Origin: the human T2T-CHM13v2.0 reference genome, Homo sapiens
Assembly: GCF_009914755.1 (NCBI RefSeq)
Contig: NC_060938.1
DNA: 64,000 nucleotides
Reading direction: 5' to 3' (one strand)
In this document: positions 49,770 through 63,379 of the stretch, one piece after another
How positions within the stretch are numbered: the first letter of the stretch is position 1
How the letters are laid out: every line of letters starts with the position of its first letter
Made by a program: the position numbers and the translations under genes
The notes under the pieces: model-generated
What the model was told of the DNA's origin: nothing
Database searches by the model: none
Seen by the model: only the letters and a program-made list of their open reading frames with translations

Positions 49770-50250
49770 TTAAACCATTCATGATTTCTAATTTGTTGTT
49801 GTTGTGTTTTTCTCCTTTTTTCTTAAGTAGACAGTTAGTGGTTTATCTATTTTTTTGTTTGTTTGTTTTCAAGGAACCAATTTTTGGGTAAATATATTGG
49901 CTGTACTGTTTGTCGTTTTAGAATTCATTTATTTCTATGCAAATTTTATAAAATTCCTCTCTTCTTTTTTGGCTAGATTATTTTGTATTCTTTTTATGAT
50001 CTCTTGTATTAAATGCTTAATTTATTCTTTCTTCCTTAAATATAAAAGTATTTATAGCTATAAATTTGCCCATAAATATAGCCAAGTTCACATTTTAAGT
50101 TTTCATAAGTCATGTTCTAAATTTTGGGTTTTGGTTTATACTTTGATTCTTTTATATTTTGATGAAGTTTTACTTGAAGTAAAACATATCCAGAAAAATT
50201 ATGACTGTACAGCGAGGCGAATTTTTCCAAATTGAACACATCTAATGTCT
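49770..50250 (-). mobile_element. Old L1M fragments
   Basis: 'gtggtttatctattttt...ttttcaaggaaccaatttttgg...atttatagctataaattt'. Confidence 0.55.
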
Positions 50251-52209
50251 TTTCTCCCAGGTACTATTTTCAAAGTTTATTGCTATATAGTCATAGAATA
50301 CAGTTTGTGTGTTTTCTATTGGAAGAAGGAGAGGAAAACATATGCTTTTTGTATTCATCTCACTCTCAGGAACAAAAGAGAAAATCTGAGTTAAGCATGC
50401 CCTTTTCATTTTTCAAAAACTCATTGACCAATTATGTCACTAGGCTTGCCCTGGGAAGGAGTGGCCCAATAGAGAAAGCCAAGGAGGGCTATGCCAATTA
50501 AGTGCTCACTATGAAAAAGGAAGGATCATGAATAGGAAAGGTGGCCCATCAGGAATGTTTCTTTATTCTTGTTTACTTGTATTCATCATCTTTAATGTAG
50601 GACTAAATAACTAAGTAATTTATCTTTATGTTACTACTTTATTAATTCAGCAGCTCTGGGAAGAAACAAGGGAACCTGGACCATAAAATTGCTTTTATAA
50701 CAAATTTCATGTTTAGTTTCTTCTCCATGTGCGTGGAAGCCACTGACTCAAGGGTATGTTTTCTGCTTTACTCAACCTCTGATGAAGATAACTGGCATGA
50801 CTAAGTTTGAGTTGTTTCCTGTGCTATCATCTACCAAGCTTCTGCCATATCAGGAAGCCCTTGTCATATATTGGTCCTGTAGGTACAGGTACTATGTTTG
50901 GCCAAAGACATCCAAATTTATGACATAAAGATCATACTTGCTCCTAAATTCCAACATTTTACATTATTTTTATATTGATTTGTTTATTTTAATTGGGCTC
51001 TGATGGAGTGGGGACATGGAGATATTTGCACTCAAAATACTGTTTGACCTGTATATTCTCTTTTTTTCTTTAAATAAGTTCTGAAACCTTGTTCATTTAT
51101 ATAGTCTGAAATTATGAAATTATAAGCATAAATGCATTTGCAATGACCTGAGTTCTCTGATTAAAACATAACAATAATGATTTTTTTCTAAATTATTTGG
51201 AGACCCATATCTGAATAGAGTACCTGGTTTTGTCTCAACATTCTAATTTTTATATATAGCTTTATTATAATTTATTATACATTTTTACTTATAATTTTTC
51301 TTCTAACATATTCTAGGTCATCTGTGTTTTTGTTGGACTTTTATACTTCAAAGTAAAAAGTAACAATCATTATCATTTAGATGTCTCACGTTTTTAGTAA
51401 ATCTTAAAATCATTCAACTGGCCCATGAAATTTATAGGTATGGAAGCTCATCAGAAGTAATACTGAGAAGCCAATATTTTCCTGGATAACATTTATTTCC
51501 TTCACTCTCTAAGCCATTTAACTCTGTCATGTTCAAATGTTTCTTTCCTTAGAAAAAATAAAAATAAGTATAAGAAAATATATGTTTAACTATTGTCAGG
51601 CTTTGCTTTCTCCTAGATGTATATTAAAATGGAGGAAATGTTTTTAAATAAACAAGTTTTTAGTTTTTAAGCATGAAGCAATGACAGAGAAAAGTGGTCA
51701 GTTACATAGAGTTGACGCCATTCTATAGTTTCATTTTGTGGCTGGGTGATGCACAAGTCTAATTCTCTGAACTTTAAAATGTGTCTCCATGTGTAGGTTT
51801 GTAATTTTACTGATATTTATGTATGATTTTGAGGGCAGTTATGGCTTTTAGAGTTAATTGCATCAATACCATGTAGTCCTGAATTTGGAAGTCCCAGACA
51901 TAATTATTTAAAGATATACACTACAGCTGATAAAATTATTTTTACCACCTGAAGTCTATTCCATTTAATAATCTGGCACTAACTTAAGCATTCTTCAAAG
52001 GTGTCACATTCTGTCTTTATCTTTGACACTTATCTCTCAACATGTTTATATTTAAAATTAAGAGAATGGAAATAAATGTTATAGTTTGTATTTGTCTTTT
52101 CTCAGAACTCAAAATAGTGAATTGGTTTCTGTAGGGAGAAATGGAAAACCTTTGGAGCTTCTGTTATGATCTAACCCAAACAACCTACTCTTCGCATTTG
52201 TAGTGAGAT

Positions 52210-53860
52210 ATGATTGAAATGTGATTCATATGATTTCATCAAATGCCTACTATTTGCAATTATCAAAGTCAAAAATCATAGATCCCTTTTTAAAGGAGTC
52301 TAGTCTATTGTTGAGGTTTCATGTTATATTTTGTACTGTAGTTATCTGTCTAAAAGCCATACAATTATTTTGAGAAATTGTATGCTATTTTAGGACGTGG
52401 AATGATTACTAACTTGGGAATAAAAAATATCTTCACAGAGGAGGTGGCCTTTGTTTGCAGGCTGGAAATCTCCACTTGGGGATTTCATGAGAAATATAAA
52501 GTTTAAAACATAAAATGGTGGTGAAAAACCTGTAGACTTATAGAAAGGATTCAACAGAGGAGAGTAAAATTCAGATGCAAGGCGATAGAGTTCTGGAAGA
52601 GAAAGTTGGAATAAGAAAGGAGTTAAAGTTTTAGATATGAAGAAAAGAAAAATATATGCTATTTATCTCTATTGGGAGAAGGAAAATTATATAGATATGC
52701 ATGGAGTGCCATTTTAAGGTAGAGATGATAGAAGACAGTAGATGCATATTTGCTACAACACTGTAATGTGATTGATGAAAAGCTAATGTAAATATGAAAT
52801 CTGAAAATTCTTGCTTAATGTCAAAGAATATAGCTATGCACAGTTAATGTGTGGAATGAAGAGTGTAAGACCATTTTACCATTTTTGGCAATCTTTTTTA
52901 CACTCTCATAGATTCCCAAAATGCCTTTCAAATCTCAGTATACATGCCTGCTTGTCTGCCCATTGGTGATTATCAGATAAACGTTCCGAGTGTTTCAATG
53001 AGCCAATTTATCGGAGCATCCACTGGTAGGTTCAAGTTGTAGGTTTGCCTGGTGTTTATTCCTTAGCAGAAGAAAGGAACAAACACTTATTAACACCTTA
53101 ACACCCTCACAAGTGCAAGACATTGGCTTATGTAATTCATATCAATTAATTGTATATTACACATATACATATTATGGCCTCTTTTATGATTAAGGAAATG
53201 GAGGCATATATTTTAAGTAGGTCTTCTTGGTACAATATAGCACTTACGTTTTTCTGAGCAGCAGAACCTAAGACCTAATTGAGGATGGATAGAGGTAGAC
53301 TCAGTAAGATTAGCTGTAAAATTATCCCCACTAATACTTGGCTGCTTTGGAATGTGAATGAAAAATGTGAACATAGTAGACTACCTTAGCTTTTTATATC
53401 ACAAAGCGATATGAATAAGCAAGCAATATGAATAAGCAATATGAACATTTGTTGAGTACGATGACTCTGAGTCCAGTAACTAACCAAGATCACATAAAAA
53501 AGCAAGTGAATTTTGAAAGGAGTCACATGTTACAGAGATAAAGAGAGGCTGCAGGAGGGAGAAGAATATGTACAACCCAATGAATTAGTAGAAAAGTAGA
53601 AAGATAAAAAGCATGGCCAAAATAGGGAAACTTATATTTTATATCTTGGAAGTAGAGATCTTAAGATATGGCCAGTGAAGTGTAATGAACTTATGGTTGC
53701 TGGAGTTCAGAAAGTTAAGGATCTATAAGGTTGGCACTTCAATGATCATTGATATGAAGTTGCCATCACTGATCATAGAGAAACTGGTGGACTGGAAGCT
53801 TATGCATACATGGGTAAATTACCAGAGTTTAGAAGATGATAATGAGACCAAGGAGAGGGT
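52210..53860 (-). mobile_element. Degenerate L2 fragments with a MIR (approximate, discontinuous)
   Basis: 'tcatcaaatgcctactat...aaggagtctagtct...atcttcacagaggaggtggccttt'. Confidence 0.4.
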
Positions 53861-56836
53861 GGTTTAAAAGCCGGTGAAAACTGGTCACATATTGTCTTGG
53901 TATGATTCCAAATCTTAAAGCTGCCTATGGGCTAATGATCAGATTTTGGGTAGTGGTGCTTTAGCTGGATTTTGGCTCCTACAGATGAGCATCTTTGTAC
54001 GTGGCACAAATTGCACAATCAAACCCAGTGAGCCTATATTAATTGGTGGTATGAATTTTAAATGAGAAAACACATTGAGAAATGATAAAACATCAATGGT
54101 CAGCCAAGACTTGGCAAATATACTACCACATCCCACAAATTCTCGCAATAATGATATCAGATTGTGGATATCCACAATCTAGAATATATATCCTCTCACC
54201 CTTAGAGAATTATAATCATCCTAAGGCTATAACCACCAGAAGAACAGTGATGTGAATTAAATAGACTGACACATTGTGCTTACTCAGGGTGTCTGAATGC
54301 AAGTAATAGCTTTTTATTGCACTAGGTTCTATTGCACCCTGTATTCCAAATGTGAAAGCCAGTTTGCACTTCTGAACAGAGGGGGGTTGGAGCCGTGTTT
54401 GAAAGAGAAGCCAAAGCATGGGTCCTGACAGTCACAATGACAGCGCCAGCCAAAGGAAATACTTGAATAGGGCAAAGAAGGATGGACTGGGGTTTCTAGG
54501 AATGAGATTCCAGTGATAAATCATAGTGATGTAGCAATATGAGCTAAAAGAATTTCTTTTCATTAACTCAGTGAATGAAGCAGGAGGATGATGAGTAAGA
54601 ATACCTACCCATTAGTGATGGGTTTCGGGAGGCAGAAGGTAGAAAATGGTAGTTTACTGGAACAACTGGCTCTACAGATTCAAATAGAATACAATTATTT
54701 CCCTTTCCTGGGGACTTCATGTGCTGTTGCTGATGCAGTTGGATATATTGAACAGAAAGAGCCAGTGGTGGCATAGACTGGTGCATCTCTGGCCCCAGAA
54801 GTTGGTCACGGCATTGAAATAATGGACTGTGGGGTGAGAAGGTTAGACAAGTATGTATTTGCATGGTCTTTAAAGTATCCAGACTCAGTTTCTTTTACGG
54901 TGTTCAGAAGCTAATGATACATGCTTTTTATTTTGTTTATACAAGGAAGATCATGAAAAAGTACTGGCAGCTTTGTTAGTACATTTCTGAAAATCCATGG
55001 AAATGTCTACTACTACATCCCGAGTTTCCTGGGAGAACTAAACCTTACTAGTCTCTGCATTCCCAGCATGTAGTACAGTGCCTGGCACATAATACATTTT
55101 TAAATACATTTTGTTGAAAGAATGAATAAATTGGGTCAGAATTCAGTCTTACGGAGTTGAAGCTATCCTTTATTTTCAAATCCTTCTGTATCAGAAGTTT
55201 CTATTGAATTTTAGGGGTAGGACATAAATGCCACTTTGTACACAGTTCAGCCACAGACACTAACATCATCTTACTCTGTTGTTTTAACTGAATTCTGGGG
55301 CAATGGACGTGGTCCCCTTGATTAACTGATTGACAAATAATCTACAAATGGGTGACTGGATTGGTTTGACTGCATGGGAGCTGCTCTGACTCATTCCACC
55401 TCATCCTTTCTGCAAACTCTCAAGATAATGAGCCTCTCAGAGTTTCATTCATTCTAAAATAGACTGCTAGAAAAGGGAAATTAAAATTATTTATAAGAAA
55501 GCCTGGGAGAAAAAAACATTCTACAATTCTTGACTGCAATGATAGGGGACTCATTTAGAAAATCAAGTGCACTAATCAATTTATAGTTTCCCTGGTAGAA
55601 AAGAACCAAGCTATCTTATGCATGGGCTAAGCATTTTTTCTGTAATTTTAAAAAATTGTGAGCAGATGACAAATTACTGCATGAGTAACACATTATGAGG
55701 ACTGAGTATGCATGTTTATATTTCATTGTTTTAATCTAATCTAATACAACACACACTAAAGTCCCTCATACACACATTTAATGGCATGCATAATCATGAT
55801 TGTGCTGCATAACAATTAGGCATTAGTGATAAGCAGTTCCCATAAATTACTGTAATTAGTATTACTCTTATACCACCACAGCAATTTTTTTAGGTTTTCT
55901 CTTCTAATTTTGTTAATTCTTTAGTATCAATCATCAACACAAATATCAGCAGTTTCCCTAATGCCATGTGTGACTTAATTATCATTATTCTTTGCCCAGA
56001 GTAAGGTCTCAATCAATGTTTGTTGGATTGAATTGAATAAAATCATCACATAGTAGCTAACATTTGCTATGTTGCAAGGCAGACAAGTTGGATTTGCTCT
56101 TCAGAGTTTGGGGTTTCTATGTACATTTCCCAGGGCGAATGCAATTTTTCCTATCTCATATACCTTTACTCTCCCTACTTCTTCCTTGACAGAACCATGA
56201 GTTTCAGGTCTTGATGAAACATGGGTCAGGAAATGCATGTCTGGAGCAGAAAGTAGTGACTATTGATCATTTCCCAGCTGTGTAGCTCACAAATCGGGGA
56301 GCTAGGCCAGAGACTGAGCAATACAAAAGGGAAGGCGAACAATGAAAATGTATCCTTGGTACCAAGCATCTTGCTATGTTGGGCTGAGAAATAAGCTAAG
56401 AGATTAGTTCACCAAACTGTTGGCTCAAGGTTAACAGAGATCTGAGAAAAAATTTAACAATTTAGATACCCTGCAACACCATCAGAACCAGCTATCAGAG
56501 ATTCCTAATACAGGGTAAGGACAATTTATCTGCTGGAGTAGCCTTGGCTTTGAATAACTGGAGTGAAGAGAACTCTCTTGATTTTTAAAATATTTCCTCT
56601 TGTTCCATCTGCAGGAGGCAGAGCTTTATTTATTTATTTTTTTCCATCTTAAAAACAGGTTTTGTTGCGTTTGATCCACATTCAGTATTTCACATTATTA
56701 CATGGTGCAGAGCCCCTGGATGGGGGTCCCTGTGCAGTACTTGGTGGGGCGTGTGGCAGGGGGAGATGGAGCAGAATACCTGGTCAGGCTCGGAAAGGGA
56801 GAAGGAGGGCTGGGGCTCCTTAAAACCTACTGAGGG

Positions 56837-57164
56837 GCGAGACGGGGTGGCTCACCCCTGTAATCCCAGCAATTTAAGAGGCTGAGGCAGGTGGATCACT
56901 GGAGGCCAGGAGTTCGAGACCAGCCTGGCCAACATGGCGAAACCCCGTCTCTACTAAAAATACAAAAATTAGCATGGTGGTGTGCTACTTGGGAGGCTGA
57001 GGCAGGAGAATCGCTTGAGCCCGTGAGGTAAAGGTGCAGTGAGCTGAGATTGCACCGCTGCACTCCAGCCTGGGTGACAGAAAGAGAACCTGCTCCCCAC
57101 CCACCTGCCCCCACTGTGGCCCTCAGTAGGTTTTTTTTTTTTAGCTTTTTTTTTTAATTTGAGA
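56837..57164 (+). mobile_element. AluS whose terminal TCTC, poly-A tail and right TSD are inverted
   Basis: Body 56837-57092; left TSD aaaacctactgaggg (56822-56836) reappears as its reverse complement at 57120-57134 next to poly-T. Confidence 0.9.
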
Positions 57165-57454
57165 AAAATAACTTAAAAATTCAAATAACTAACAGAAAAC
57201 ATTCATGTAAATAAGTTTCAAACAACTCTTGAAAATGAGATCAAGTACTTTCTTGGATGGTTTAGGAGAGTGGACTAAAAGTAAATGTGTAAAGTTAGCA
57301 GAAGTGCAGGCTGGGCAAAAGTTAATGTTCCCTCTACACTACATGGCCTGGCATCTGGGTTCCCTGGCCTCTTTAGAGTAGCCACATATACTGATAGTAC
57401 TCGACTATGTTTCTTGGAACAAAAGAGACACAAGCCAGTGAAGCACTGGGTGGC

Positions 57455-57906
57455 TGCATTAGTTTTCTATTGATGCTGTAACACATTACTGGCTTAAAAC
57501 AATACAAATGTATTATCTTACAGTTCAGTAGGTTAGAAGTCCAGAGTGTGCTCATATAGTAAAGAAAACCAAGGTATTGGCAGGGTTTCATTCTTTCCTT
57601 TAGGCTTTAGAGGTGAATCTGTTTCCAGCTTCTAGAGGTTGTCCACATTTCTGGCTTGTGGCTCGTTTCCTCTGTCTTCAAAGCCAACATGAAAGCATCT
57701 TCAAATCTCTCTGCATCTCTCTTTAACTTTTAAGGACCTTTGTGATTACCTTTGGACCACCCAGATAATTCAAGATAATTTCCCCATCTAAAAGTCTTTA
57801 ATCACATCTGCAAAGTTCCTTTGGCCATTTAAGGTAACCTATTTATAGATCTGAGGATTAGGATGTGGACATTTTGAAGGGGGCGGGTATTATTCTGATG
57901 ACCGCA
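57455..57906 (-). mobile_element. MLT1D-like MaLR solo LTR
   Basis: 'tgcattagttttctattgatgctgtaac...tctgtcttcaaagcca...aatcacatctgcaaagt...attattctgatgaccgca'. Confidence 0.85.
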
Positions 57907-58217
57907 GCAACAGATAGTCCACCTGACCGATAAATACTGAACTGCTTAATAAGATCCCATGATGTAAAAACCTGTGGCAAAGCATTCTTTCCTCTTCTCT
58001 GGAGCTGCCTCCTGCTTCCCTAGCCTCTTTATGATTCACATTAGGGTTCATGTTCTCATGGGAATTCCTTCCCTGCATTTTGTCTAATACAGAAAGAGAT
58101 TCATGGTCATTGAGTTCCTTGGAGCCACCATCTTTGCCAGGTTCACACTCCATGGATTAGACATCCTGACCAATTCTTTTGGTGACTCTCACTGGCAATT
58201 TAGGCTTAGGAAACATA

Positions 58218-58480
58218 AATAATAACAAAAGTAAACATTTCTCTAGAGATTAGTATGTATTCAAAACCGTTTAAAATGCTTTACACAGACTAAGTCACTT
58301 AATCTTCACACACTTCTATGAGAAAAGTGATGTTATCACCATTTTGCAGATGTAAAAACTGAGGCCCAGAAAGCTTATATAAATTACCAAGTCCACACCT
58401 AGTAAATGACAGAGGCAGTATTCAAACCCAGGCTGTCTGGCTCTGGAGTCAGTGCTTTAAATCACTACACTATATATGCC
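58218..58480 (-). mobile_element. MIR, near full length
   Basis: 'accattttgcagatgtaaaaactgaggcccaga...ttcaaacccaggctgtctggctctggagtc'. Confidence 0.85.
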
Positions 58481-58619
58481 TCTCACAGCACAAAACTAAA
58501 GCTTAATTTAAAAACATGGACAATGCTATACTAAACCAAAATAATGCTGGAGAGATGGAAAGTGGGAGGGGGAATGAGAGGAAGGTTTGCATAAAGAGTG
58601 AGCATGCATGCACACACAC

Positions 58620-58687
58620 AGTAAGGAAAGAGAGAGGGGAAGGGGGCTGGGAGAGGGAGGGAGAGAGGGAGAAGGGCAGGGTGCGGG

Positions 58688-58719
<32 letters not shown>

Positions 58720-58720
58720 G
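58620..58720. repeat. GA-rich purine tract / (GA)n
   Basis: Direct observation. Confidence 0.85.
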
Positions 58721-60947
58721 AAATGCATTATTTATACTCCCAGTGTTTGAAAGCTTATAAGATTGGGAGATAGTTTCATGGCCATCTCTGCCTGTTAGAC
58801 CCCCAGATTATTTCCAAATGGAATGATGAGGTTTGCTCATGTGAAGACCACCTCACCATTGCCTCCACCTCCATTGTCTCTGTTCATACTGAAAAGAACA
58901 TCACTCAGTATTTCTCTCTGATTTATTTCTCCCTAAAGACTTTATGACATAGAATAAGTCCTAAATAGTCCAGCTTCTCTCTTGTTAAGATAATTAATGC
59001 ATAATTAAAATGCATTCCATGAGCCAATAGAAGGTAAGGCTTGGGACTTACTCCAGTCAGAAGACTCAATAGGATAAAAAAAGGTTGATTTGTTTCTTGG
59101 TCCTACACAATTGTGTTCTCAAATCTTTCTTCATAAGTTGCAAAGATTTTATAAAGCTCTCCAATTTCACTTTTGTGTAAAAGTAATCTTAATTTTAAAA
59201 AAGATGTAAAAAATTTATAACTGTGATAAAAGTCTCCATATATTTCTTACTAATACTATGTGTATATATTGAGATGTTAATTTATTGATGTTATTTACAG
59301 TATGATTTAACACCCTTTGGGATAAATACAGACCTTGAGCTTCCTCTCATTTTCTCTTTTCCTCTAAGCATAGTAATTTATAACATATGCTTGTTAAATT
59401 GCATCTAAAGTATTTAGGGCTCAACTATACAGTGGATAAAGCTATTGCTGAAATAAGACATTTTAATCTTAAAAATATTTTAACATTTCTCTATGATGTT
59501 TTCCCTTAATGGCCTTTCTTATATGTCATTCATATTATGAAGTGACAATTTAGGTTGACAACTAAACAGGCACCAAGATTGATAATCAATATAAAGTACA
59601 TTACTTGATTTTATCAGTTTCCTTATGGATGAAAAGGCCTGAATAATTTGACAATATGGCTAATGTTCCCTGCATGTTCTAATAGGTAGAGAAGCAAGTG
59701 GGAAGGGAAGGGAGAAGAGCTTCTTTTGAGGTTCTGTTAATAGAAATGGCAAACAGTTTTTTTGTTCTTATGAAGTGTCAGGATTTATGCTAAATGCTTT
59801 GCATGTATTTATTATTTAATTTCATCCTTGCAACAGTCCAGTGAGATCAGTATTCTTACTTTGTCTAGTTTGCAAATAAACAAATTGATGACTTTTTCTT
59901 AAAGTCAAATGATATCAATCAGATCAGGTGATTAAATCTAATGTACATCTTAAAAATGAGCTTCTAGTTTTACAATAATTTTAGACTGACAGAAAAGTGC
60001 AAAGATCCCAGAGGAACTGCTTTTTTCCCTTGCACAAAGGTGCCATCTAGGCTAGCAGCAACTCTGTTCACAATCTGATGAGTATATAAAAGCAATTTTC
60101 TTGACTAGAGAAATAGATTTATTTAATATATATTTTAAGATTCAAGAAATATGTTTTCTAGCATTAGGACTATTGGATTCCCATCAGAAATCCTAGGGAG
60201 ATATTTAAGGGACGAGAGCACTGAGTTGATTGTTGGAAGATCTGGTACCTACATGGTACCAGCACTTTCACTCATGGGCCATTGGACTCCCAACTTGTAT
60301 GAATTACTTCCTCCTCTGTAATTAAGAGCTTAAAGATCAAGGTGCCAATCATCTTTCTAGGTCTAAAATGTTGTGATTTTTGTTTCTTCTTGTTGAGACA
60401 TAAATAGCTCTCTAATGGAGAGGTGCTATCTTCCTTTGAGGCTACTTTGAAATGCTGTGGTATCTGTAAGTGTTATTTATGTCCCTGCTTAGGCTGTTAG
60501 AGTATCAACTTTTCAACTAAAAGATATTCCATAGAAATAACATTAATCATTGGTTTATAGTGACTAGATAGCAGAAATTCAATAATCAATGAATTTTAAT
60601 CCTGAAATATTAATTCTTATCACTCACTCAGTAGTTAAAATATTTAACAACCTCAAATTAGTTGTGCATTAAAGCTGCTCTTTAACACAATGGCCATTTC
60701 TGGAAATGCATGGATGTGGGAAATAATTGCGTTTCTATTGAAGCTATTAGAATGAATCACAATTGGATTTCACATAAAAGATTTTAATGCACAGATATTT
60801 CACATATGTTCATAGTTAAGGTTTCTTCAAATAAAGCTGCTTTGTCCTTAAGGGATTTTAGTCAGGTTTACCTCCAGTTAGATCAGATATTCTTGCTTTT
60901 TCTTTTTGTTTTCTTTTTAAATTTCCTACTTAAATTGTTTGTAGGCA

Positions 60948-61360
60948 ATGTGATAACACCTATAGTTCTTATTATGTTCAGGCTGAAAAAGAAGGATGGA
61001 CCTCCTCATTCAAAATTTGGTCTGGATGTCAAGACTGATACCATATGCACAACAAAAGAATATGAAAGATTTATTACTCACATACACACGCTTTCGGGGG
61101 AGAGCAGGGCAGGCCCCCAAGCTGTCCAAAATGTCTTGGGAAATAAGGAAAGGGGAATGGTTTGGGGTTTTTATGGTGATTACATAGGCAGGACCAGGTG
61201 ATCGCTCCTGCAGGTGGTTTCTTCCTAACAGTCAAAGGAAGCACCTGGGCTTTGTTTTCAGCATGACTGTATATGCTCCAGGAGGGGAAGGGAGAGGGGA
61301 AGACTTAAAAGCTATCAGCTGTCAAGCATGTTACAAAATGGAGTCAGAGTCTTTATTACA
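60948..61360 (-). mobile_element. ERVL-class solo LTR (MER54/MER73/LTR47-like)
   Basis: Minus-strand start TGTAATAAAGACTCTGACTCCATTTTG; AATAAA near 61070. Confidence 0.55.
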
Positions 61361-61439
61361 ATCATTCACATTAGAATATATTTTTATAATACACTTTTCT
61401 AACTGTCATGTGAATAAAGAGCAAATTTAACATGCTTTT

Positions 61440-61447
61440 TGTGTATG

Positions 61448-61495
<48 letters not shown>

Positions 61496-61510
61496 TGTGT
61501 GTGTGTGTAT
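61440..61510. repeat. (TA)n/(TG)n compound microsatellite
   Basis: Direct observation. Confidence 0.95.
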
Positions 61511-62212
61511 ACCCACCCCTACCATATTATACAGATATGGTGACAAAAGCAAGACTTGGAATCAAATTTAAAGACTGTTGATTACTTGCTGTGTCAGTCA
61601 ATATTCAGTATTTAGGGCAGGAAACAGAATCCACTGTAGGTATTTAAAGCAGACGGTAGGGTAATACAGTGGATTAGATACTTACATGATTATAAGAAGG
61701 GCTGAAAAAACAGCTTCTAGTGATTCCAAGAGTGAGACACATAACAACTCTCCTAGGGAAGTGTTACTTCTGAGGTTTCCCCAGAGATATGCTGGAAGCA
61801 TGCATCTCTTCCAGCACCACTGCTGTAACTGCCTCCCAACATCCAAAAGATTGGGCAATGACATGGGATTGCTACTACAGAAAACCCTCAGATTTTCAAG
61901 GTGCTTGCTTGTCAGCAACAAAAGCCAAGAGCCACAAGAAGGCAGCCTTGGCCTCATTTCCACTGTCCTAATCTTGCATTGGTATATGTAATGGGTAGGA
62001 GTGAATTTATATTTAGAACTCTAGCTTGAAGGAGGTACGAGAAATGTTTAAGCATGACAAAGTCAAATGAGGATTGACTGAAACAATCTAGAGTCTTGTG
62101 TACATTTTCCTTGTGATATGCGACAAGTATTTTAACCTTAATTTTCTCTTCTGCAAAATAGATCTAATACCTAGATCGAAGGGCTGTTCAAGCACTAGAG
62201 ATCATGTAATTC

Positions 62213-62798
62213 GTAAGGAAAGAAAAAAAAGAAAACTTTTTCCTTTACCTTCTTCAGATCAGTGGTTGGGGTCCTACAAATTAGACCAGCAAAAGACAGA
62301 TTACATAGGAGAAAAGATTTATTAGTATATATGCATACAGAGGTCTTTGTAGGAAAATATAGACCTCAAAAAAGTGATAAGCCTGTGACCTTATATACCT
62401 TTATTTTTTAAAAACAAAGAATGATAAATTATGAAGATATGATAAGACAAGAGAAAAGGGATTTGGGTTGGGGGTGATAAATTGTAGGAAAGTAACTAGA
62501 AAATACACTGGAGCTTATATATAATGAAAATTATGTCATAGAAGATAAGGGTGAATTTTAGTAAGATTTGTTTGCAGACCCGTCTAGGTGCTGTCTCTCC
62601 ATATCTTCATGGCCATGAAACTCCTCTAGGAGAGAAGATTCATGGCAGTCCTCATTTCTCAGAAATTTCTGCTCTTAGTTGGATAAGGGAACCTCTGACA
62701 AGTCTTTCTCTATCTGTTGATTCTCATTTGCATCCAGATCAAAATAATTCTTATGTCAAAGTGGCATATTTTGAGGTGGCATATTCTGATCCCCTTCA
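62213..62798 (-). mobile_element. MER34-family ERV1 LTR inserted in a MIR
   Basis: Minus-strand start TGAAGGGGATCAGAATATGCCACCTCAAAATATGCCACTTTGACATAAG. Confidence 0.7.
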
Positions 62799-63069
62799 AA
62801 TTAAAGTATCTAGTGCATGGTAGTTGGCTAAATAATCATATCTATTATTATGACTTTTTGGTACTATTTTGGAACTTCAAAAATCATTACACTGAATGTC
62901 TTAATGAACAGTTGTTTTATTGTAAAGTATGTAATCAAGGAATTTTCACTTCAAGTTAGTGTGGGGAATTATATAGTTGAAAACTGATTTCAGAAACAAA
63001 TAATCATAACTGACATTGAAATTTATAAATATTGGGACACAAACTCATACCTAGATCCATTTTTGTATC

Positions 63070-63290
63070 TATGGATTCATTAATTCAACTAATGCAGATT
63101 ATTTTTACAACTTTTTGTGCTAGGCACTATACTGATTGCTGGATACATAGAAGAAAAATAAACAGATAAATCCTTCCCACCAGCTTTAGAGTGGAGTGGA
63201 TAAAAATGTGTTAAATAAATAATCAAAATTACAATGAAACTGCCATAAAGGAAAACTACAGGTCGCTGAGAAAAAATATAATAAGAAAAA
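63070..63290 (-). mobile_element. L2 3' end
   Basis: 'ttcattaattcaac...tgtgctaggcactatact...gctggatacatag...aacagataaatcct'. Confidence 0.7.
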
Positions 63291-63291
63291 C

Positions 63292-63370
63292 TAGAGTCGC
63301 CAGATTTAGCAAATAAAAACACACGATGCCTATATAAACTTGAATTTCGGATAAATACAAAATAATCTTT
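63292..63370 (+). mobile_element. MER53 hAT MITE, 5' part
   Basis: 'tagagtcgccagatttagcaaataaaaac...aaacttgaatttcggataaa'. Confidence 0.7.
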
Positions 63371-63379
63371 GTTGTTTTT

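Noticed and set aside
47447-50501. ORFs of 126-139 aa (47447-47866, 49855-50235)
   Set aside because: Lie in L2, Alu or L1 remnants; low-complexity translations with no homology signal
52940-52960. p53 response element (CATG...CTTG)
   Set aside because: Core spacing is 4 nt rather than 6 and the flanks mismatch
53408-53446. Short tandem duplication of 'aatatgaataagc'
   Set aside because: Ordinary slippage event in degenerate repeat sequence
54436-54450. RE1 right half-site TGACAGCGCC
   Set aside because: No left half-site and the GG is broken
60040-60056. CTCF-like CTAGATGGCAC (similar motif at ~7465)
   Set aside because: Lacks the 5' CCA of the core
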